DNA of 33,966 nucleotides from positions 1 to 33,966 of the IMG/VR virus record IMGVR_UViG_3300042940_001787; one strand, written 5' to 3'. Made by a program: the position numbers and the translations under genes. The stretch is from a virus. Taxonomy: Duplodnaviria > Caudoviricetes. This document shows positions 29,448 through 33,966 of this stretch, piece by piece (the first letter of the stretch is position 1; each line of letters begins with the position of its first letter). The notes under the pieces are model-generated. The model did no database searches. It saw only the letters and a list, made by a program, of their open reading frames with translations, and was not told the origin of the DNA.

Positions 29448-30991
29448 TGGAGCGCCACACCCCACCAACAGCAGCCCCCGAGTGGGTTGTTGCCGACCGG
29501 GGCGACCTCCGTATCAACGCTGACGAGCTGGTCGGTGGATGGGTCACGCGCCCATCCACCGTCACTCGCGGGTCGGCGTACACGGACTTGTCGCGCCGCG
29601 AAATGGCAGTCCCCGAGGGGGACTCTGACATCGCTCGCGCCATCCAACAGCATGAGCTTGCCCACGCACGGTTCTCGCCCATTGAGATACCGCGCCAGCT
29701 GTGCGAGCAGATGGGCGTGTCTCTGGAAACGGTACGAATCGCTGAGGAGACCCGGATCAACCTGTTCCTCTCGACCACAGATGTTGCTCGCCGTCACTTT
29801 CCCCTGAACGAAGAAATGGCGCGTCTCAACCGCCTGCTGTCGGACGGCACCGAAGGGCAGGCTGCTGATTCGGCACGGGACAGGGACGACTTCCGGCAGG
29901 CCGTGTATCTGATGTTCGGCACCTATGGTTTGGACTGTTTCCGCACCGTGAAGCGCCGTCTGAAGATGAAGAAGGGGTGGTCTACGGCGGTTGAGGGAAT
30001 CGCGGATTACCTCAAAGCCGAGTTTCCCCTGACGCGCCGTTGGACAACGGTTCACCGCTTCACCTCTACGGATGCCGTCCGTTATGTGTGGATGGACGGC
30101 AAGGAAATAACCGAGACGATGCTTCCGTTGGGGTTCACCGACCTGACGCTCGACATAGCTCAGCAGATGGAGGCGATTATCGCCAACGGCGGTGCTGGCG
30201 CGAAGCGCGTGGACAAGGACAAGGACGGCGAGGAGGGTGACGAGAAGGAGCCTGGTGACGGGAAGGGTATGGGCCGGGTGTCCCGTATTCCGTGGGTCGG
30301 GCTGCGTATCGGCATTACCTCGCTCACCGAACAGACCGCAAGCTTTATTGGACGGCGCAAGCGTCCGTCCATCACGGGCAAGTATCCGCGCCGACCTGAC
30401 CGCCTGATAACCGACCCCGACCGCCGTATCTTCCGCGAAACGGTGCGTGGGGCTGGTGGCGTGGTCGTCTTTGACTGCTCCGGGTCGATGGGAGTCGATC
30501 ACGACACGATTCAGCAAACCGCTGAACTGTTCGCCGGGGCAACCATTCTCGCGTACTCAATGCCGTCCCACGGCAACAAGGGGCAACCCAACGCTTGGGT
30601 ACTGGCACGGGACGGTCGCCTCATCTCTGGTAGCGAAATGCGGAAGCTGCCCCTGAACCGTGGTAACGGGGTCGATGGGGAAGCTTTGCGGTGGGCGGTG
30701 CGCCAGCGCAAGAACCGCAAGGATTTCGTGCTATGGGTGAGCGACTTCGGCGTGACGGGCAAGAACGATGACCAATGCGAGGAGCTGATGGTGGACTGCG
30801 CCGAAATCGTCCGGCGCGAGCGCATCATCCAGGTGGGAAGCTGCCGGGAGGCGATCGCGTTGCTGACCGACATGAAGCGCACGGGCCGTGTCCCTCACGG
30901 TCAGACGGAGGACTCCAGCCTTCGGCACTACATTGAGGGTCTTACCAACGGGACTGTTGCTAGGGTGACGGTTCCAGTAGTCCACCACTAA
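29447..30991 (+). CDS. HExxH metallopeptidase-like plus von Willebrand A domain protein
   Basis: Start moved to ATG 29447 (TGATG). HELAH...EETRI, a charged linker, then the MIDAS DCSGS...GNG...VSDF. Confidence 0.85.
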   Translation: MERHTPPTAAPEWVVADRGDLRINADELVGGWVTRPSTVTRGSAYTDLSRREMAVPEGDSDIARAIQQHELAHARFSPIEIPRQLCEQMGVSLETVRIAEETRINLFLSTTDVARRHFPLNEEMARLNRLLSDGTEGQAADSARDRDDFRQAVYLMFGTYGLDCFRTVKRRLKMKKGWSTAVEGIADYLKAEFPLTRRWTTVHRFTSTDAVRYVWMDGKEITETMLPLGFTDLTLDIAQQMEAIIANGGAGAKRVDKDKDGEEGDEKEPGDGKGMGRVSRIPWVGLRIGITSLTEQTASFIGRRKRPSITGKYPRRPDRLITDPDRRIFRETVRGAGGVVVFDCSGSMGVDHDTIQQTAELFAGATILAYSMPSHGNKGQPNAWVLARDGRLISGSEMRKLPLNRGNGVDGEALRWAVRQRKNRKDFVLWVSDFGVTGKNDDQCEELMVDCAEIVRRERIIQVGSCREAIALLTDMKRTGRVPHGQTEDSSLRHYIEGLTNGTVARVTVPVVHH

Positions 30992-31004
30992 CAAGGAGAG
31001 AACA

Positions 31005-31829
31005 ATGGACGACATACTCAACTCGCGCCCGTCAGAGGTGCTGAACGAATACTTGACCTACGCTGGTTACGACCGCACGGGAAAGACCGACCGTGGAACG
31101 CTGTGCGAGATGCTCGCGTGGTACGACTTCTACGACCCCGAGACGGACGATTTCCGTGGGCGGTTCGTGTCGCTCGGCGTGGGGCAGGAGCCGGATGCCG
31201 CGATTCAGGACGGCTACCTCAACGCGATTCGGATGTACGAGGACGATTACCGCCACGGGCGTACCGAGACCTGCCGGAAGCTTTCCGCCCTGGTGGTTGT
31301 GTTCCGTGCCGAGGGTCGGGTCGTGAACAACCCCGAGCGAGTCGCGGAACCCAACGCCGAGAACGCGCCGTTCCTCCAAGCTGCTGGGTGGGGGATGTGC
31401 CAGACGCGCATTATCCAGGTGCTGACGGTGGACGGTTTCGCCACTCATTCGATCGTGTTCCCTCCCGAGGGGGTCGATGCCGAGCCGCTGGTGGACACCG
31501 CCGAGCTGTTCACGGGGTTCGGGCCGCTCATGATGGACGAGCCCGAGGTGACGGGGAAGATGGGCGCGATACCGTTTATCACGCCCACGCTGTCAATGGT
31601 GCTGGGCATCCTGCTTCTGCTGGGTTTGGCATTGGAGGACGGGCTGCCCCCGACCATTCAGAACCTCGCCCGTGTCGCGTCCCGATACCGCACGGATGAC
31701 GGCGACACGATGGGCGATGAAGTGATGAACCTGCTGGAACGGTTTGCCGACCAACTCGACATTCACCCCTTTGATGGTGCCGAGGGTCTGAGCGAAACCC
31801 TGCGGAGGTTGATGGAGGACGGCGACTAG
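31005..31829 (+). CDS. hypothetical acidic protein
   Basis: 274 aa with AAGGAG RBS. Confidence 0.8.
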   Translation: MDDILNSRPSEVLNEYLTYAGYDRTGKTDRGTLCEMLAWYDFYDPETDDFRGRFVSLGVGQEPDAAIQDGYLNAIRMYEDDYRHGRTETCRKLSALVVVFRAEGRVVNNPERVAEPNAENAPFLQAAGWGMCQTRIIQVLTVDGFATHSIVFPPEGVDAEPLVDTAELFTGFGPLMMDEPEVTGKMGAIPFITPTLSMVLGILLLLGLALEDGLPPTIQNLARVASRYRTDDGDTMGDEVMNLLERFADQLDIHPFDGAEGLSETLRRLMEDGD

Positions 31830-31838
31830 CGGTAGCCT
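31809..31838 (+). promoter_or_regulatory. putative promoter for the three-hairpin RNA
   Basis: TTGATG, 18 nt, TAGCCT. Confidence 0.5.
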
Positions 31839-31844
31839 CCCGAA

Positions 31845-31962
31845 GAAGTGCGGTGCGGGGTTTGGTTGTTGCCCCCGTTCCGCGCGAGTCCGTGGTTCTC
31901 CTTTCCCACGGCGAACGAGCCCCGGCGCGAGTGTCCCCCACTTGCGCCGGGGCTTCGTTTAT
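31845..31962 (+). ncRNA. candidate three-hairpin antisense small RNA
   Basis: Stem 31848-31885 (loop UUUGGUUGUUGC), stem 31890-31911 (loop UUCUCCUUUC), and long terminator stem ~31913-31960 (loop UCCC) followed by a U-rich run. Confidence 0.6.
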
Positions 31963-31972
31963 TCTCCTGGGC

Positions 31973-32191
31973 ATGAGCTATCAAGTGCTGTTAATGTGGT
32001 TGGGGTATTTCGCGCTGTGTGCGGGGTTGGTCGTGTTCGTGCGGTGGGGGATGCCAGAGGACGACCCGAGCGAGTACGCCGCCGATCTCGACCCACGGGT
32101 TCCGCCCCGGATCAAAGGGACGAAGGCACACGCCTACAAGCTGACGCGCCCCCGGTGCCGCTGTTGCGGTCGGCGGTTGCGCCGTTGGTGA
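31973..32191 (+). CDS. small membrane protein with C-terminal Cys motif, leaderless
   Basis: TATTCT, 7 nt, ATG; N-terminal TM helix; CRCCG near the end. Confidence 0.6.
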   Translation: MSYQVLLMWLGYFALCAGLVVFVRWGMPEDDPSEYAADLDPRVPPRIKGTKAHAYKLTRPRCRCCGRRLRRW

Positions 32192-32194
32192 TTC

Positions 32195-32223
32195 TTGACA
32201 GGTGGCACGGGGTCGGTTATTGT
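32195..32223 (+). promoter_or_regulatory. strong sigma70/SigA promoter
   Basis: TTGACA, 17 nt, TATTGT. Confidence 0.8.
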
Positions 32224-32255
32224 TCCCCCGTCACTCAACTACCAAAGGAGACACC

Positions 32256-32759
32256 GTGACTACTTCACCAACACCGCTGGCACTCTTGGAGTGTCCAGAC
32301 CTTCCGCCGTGGGTCTCATCCGACCTCGGGCCGTCCTGGGCGAATCACCCTGCGCGACTTGATGACGGGATGACGCGCCCGGAGCTGTGGCAGATTCTCG
32401 CTGACGGTCAGGGCATCCGCTGGGCTTCTGACGCGCTCGATGTGTACGACCTGCTGTGCGAGTACGGCGACGCCCTGCGCCTGTTTCCCCAGTCCGACGA
32501 TCTCGCCGGGGTCGTGCTGTTCACTTCGGGTTGGGCCGCCCCCATGCCCGAGGACGGCTCAGACCTCATTGGCGCACCGTCTGCCCATGCTCTGCGGAGG
32601 CGCGTCTATCTCGCGGTCTGCGTGGATTCGCGCGGTATCGCCTCGCGTCTGCGTTTCGCGGATTCCTCCGAGGTCGTGGACGATGAGGAAGGCGGCGCTA
32701 CGGGTTCGCTCGCGGATGCCATTGCCGAGACTGTCGCCCCCCTGTGGGGTGGCAAGTGA
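32256..32759 (+). CDS. hypothetical early protein
   Basis: Start moved to GTG 32256 after AAAGGAG; 'TSGWAAP...PSAHALRRRV'. Confidence 0.8.
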   Translation: MTTSPTPLALLECPDLPPWVSSDLGPSWANHPARLDDGMTRPELWQILADGQGIRWASDALDVYDLLCEYGDALRLFPQSDDLAGVVLFTSGWAAPMPEDGSDLIGAPSAHALRRRVYLAVCVDSRGIASRLRFADSSEVVDDEEGGATGSLADAIAETVAPLWGGK

Positions 32760-33085
32760 GCGCGGAGGAAACCCCCGTGACCGTGTGGGACTACACCGAG
32801 TCCGCACACGGCACATGGGCGGAGCCCCTCGCGGTGCTCTGGTCGTGGGGGCTGAACTGCTCGGACGAGGGTGACCCGTGGGCGGCGTTCCTTGACCTGT
32901 CCGGCATCGCGCCCGATGAACTCGGCGTGGCGGTGTTCCCGTGGCATCGTCTGCCCGACTCGCGCGGTGGCTGGTCGTTTGGCTTCATGGAACTCGACTA
33001 CCTCGCGGACGCTCTGCGTCTGTTCGCTGACCGTCCGCAGGACTGCCGGGAGTGGGTCGCCGGGTTGTGGGGGTGCGAGGGCTGA
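32756..33085 (+). CDS. hypothetical early protein
   Basis: GTGA overlap start; Trp-rich acidic ORF. Confidence 0.7.
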   Translation: MSAEETPVTVWDYTESAHGTWAEPLAVLWSWGLNCSDEGDPWAAFLDLSGIAPDELGVAVFPWHRLPDSRGGWSFGFMELDYLADALRLFADRPQDCREWVAGLWGCEG

Positions 33086-33152
33086 CGGCCCGCGCGAAGA
33101 TCACCGCGCCGACGATCTCCGCGCCTGCCCCCACCTGGGCGCGGAACCAAGA

Positions 33153-33191
33153 CAGCCCCACCGTCACCCCCTGGCGGTGGGGCTGCTCTTT
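33153..33191 (+). terminator. intrinsic terminator with C5 loop
   Basis: 14-bp stem CAGCCCCACCGTCA / TGGCGGTGGGGCTG, then CTCTTT. Confidence 0.75.
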
Positions 33192-33216
33192 GTGTCACCA
33201 CTTGCCTGCGGTGACC

Positions 33217-33225
33217 TGCTATCCT
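33217..33225 (+). promoter_or_regulatory. extended -10 promoter
   Basis: TGcTATCCT, preceded by inverted repeat GTCACC-N10-GGTGAC (33194-33215). Confidence 0.5.
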
Positions 33226-33270
33226 CCCCCGTAGCGGCGAGACCCTCGCCCCGAACAAAGGAGAGAACCA

Positions 33271-33702
33271 ATGACCAGAGACCCCGACCCGACACCGCCC
33301 CACGGCATCCCACGACCGCCAGCGTTCGCGCCCACGGACATTGACCGCGCTCGCGCCTTCGTTCGTGACTGGACGGGCATAACGAACGCCCCCGAACACC
33401 TGCGTGACCTCGCCACGCTTGCCCAAGTGCTTGACCTCGTGGAAGGGTTCGCTGCTTCGTACTTCGCTGAGGACGCGCACGGCGTGGACTTGTACGCGCA
33501 GGAGGCTGGCGCGCTGTCGGTGTTCCGGGCCTGCGCGAACTGCCGCACTTGGCATGACCGCGCCGACCTGGACGGGTTCGGGCTGTGCGAATGGTGCCAG
33601 GACGAGGAGGACGAGGAGGAGGACGAGGACGACCTCGCGCCGTCCCCGTGGGAGCGTGTCACGGACGCTCGGCACCCGTTCGGTAACGCGCTGGAACGCT
33701 GA
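33271..33702 (+). CDS. hypothetical protein with CxxC-CxxC zinc ribbon and acidic tract
   Basis: AAAGGAG RBS; CANC...CEWC followed by DEEDEEEDEDD. Confidence 0.8.
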   Translation: MTRDPDPTPPHGIPRPPAFAPTDIDRARAFVRDWTGITNAPEHLRDLATLAQVLDLVEGFAASYFAEDAHGVDLYAQEAGALSVFRACANCRTWHDRADLDGFGLCEWCQDEEDEEEDEDDLAPSPWERVTDARHPFGNALER

Positions 33703-33716
33703 CGGGAGGGCAGGAC

Positions 33717-33878
33717 ATGACACCGACCGACCAGACCGCGCACCTGCGCCACATCGCTGCCCTCCTTGCCCAAGACGGCGACAGCAAGACGGACGGGGAG
33801 TGCCTCAACGAAGTGTGGCGGTATCTCCAAAGCCTCGGAGTGAACCCCGACAACTTCCGACCCGAGCGCAACGACTGA
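33717..33878 (+). CDS. small hypothetical protein (not in ORF track)
   Basis: MTPTDQTAHLRHIAALLAQDGDSKTDGECLNEVWRYLQSLGVNPDNFRPERND*, 53 aa, with GGGAGG RBS. Confidence 0.7.
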   Translation: MTPTDQTAHLRHIAALLAQDGDSKTDGECLNEVWRYLQSLGVNPDNFRPERND

Positions 33879-33912
33879 CCCCGTAGCGACTCCGTAGCGC
33901 GTCCTGCGCTGG

Positions 33913-33955
33913 CATAGCGGCCCCTGCCCCCTCGGGTGGGGGTCGTTGTGTTTCT
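33913..33955 (+). terminator. intrinsic terminator
   Basis: 17-bp stem (several G-U pairs), CCTC loop, then TTTCT. Confidence 0.75.
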
Positions 33956-33966
33956 CGGGGGCTGTG

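Noticed and set aside
31845-31962. tRNA gene
   Set aside because: No acceptor stem, T-loop GTTC(G/A)A or CCA geometry; it is three serial hairpins instead.
33879-33899. CCGTAGCG direct repeat (also at 33229)
   Set aside because: Only 8 nt in GC-rich DNA near the window edge; insufficient support for an operator.

Overview
A 34-kb, gene-dense, almost entirely + strand fragment of a tailed dsDNA phage genome. The host is most likely actinobacterial, and the habitat probably aquatic; this is inferred from leaderless TANNNT-N6/7-ATG starts, an Rpf-type transglycosylase and an MSMEG_6728/endonuclease V-type glycosylase. From left to right: the 3' end of a major capsid gene and small head proteins; a GPT-collagen fibre; three tandem paralogous fibre/receptor-binding proteins; a GT2-TPR glycosyltransferase; podovirus-like adaptor, nozzle and tail-collar proteins; a lysis cassette (holin-like protein and M15 endolysin); putative ejection proteins including a 2370-aa giant; a RusA-like resolvase; small basic proteins; a 798-aa protein with ADP-ribosyltransferase-like motifs; a middle operon (phosphoesterase, Rpf, DNA glycosylase, RecT); and a more GC-rich early region with strong sigma70/SigA-type promoters, a MoxR-type AAA+ ATPase and a HExxH/vWA partner. 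The most striking unexplained structure is a set of intergenic hairpins, two of them in promoter-led candidate small RNAs. Their loops carry anti-Shine-Dalgarno or C-rich sequences, and several are complementary to the leaders of the phage's own early and middle genes. All family assignments come from reading motifs by eye; no database search was run.
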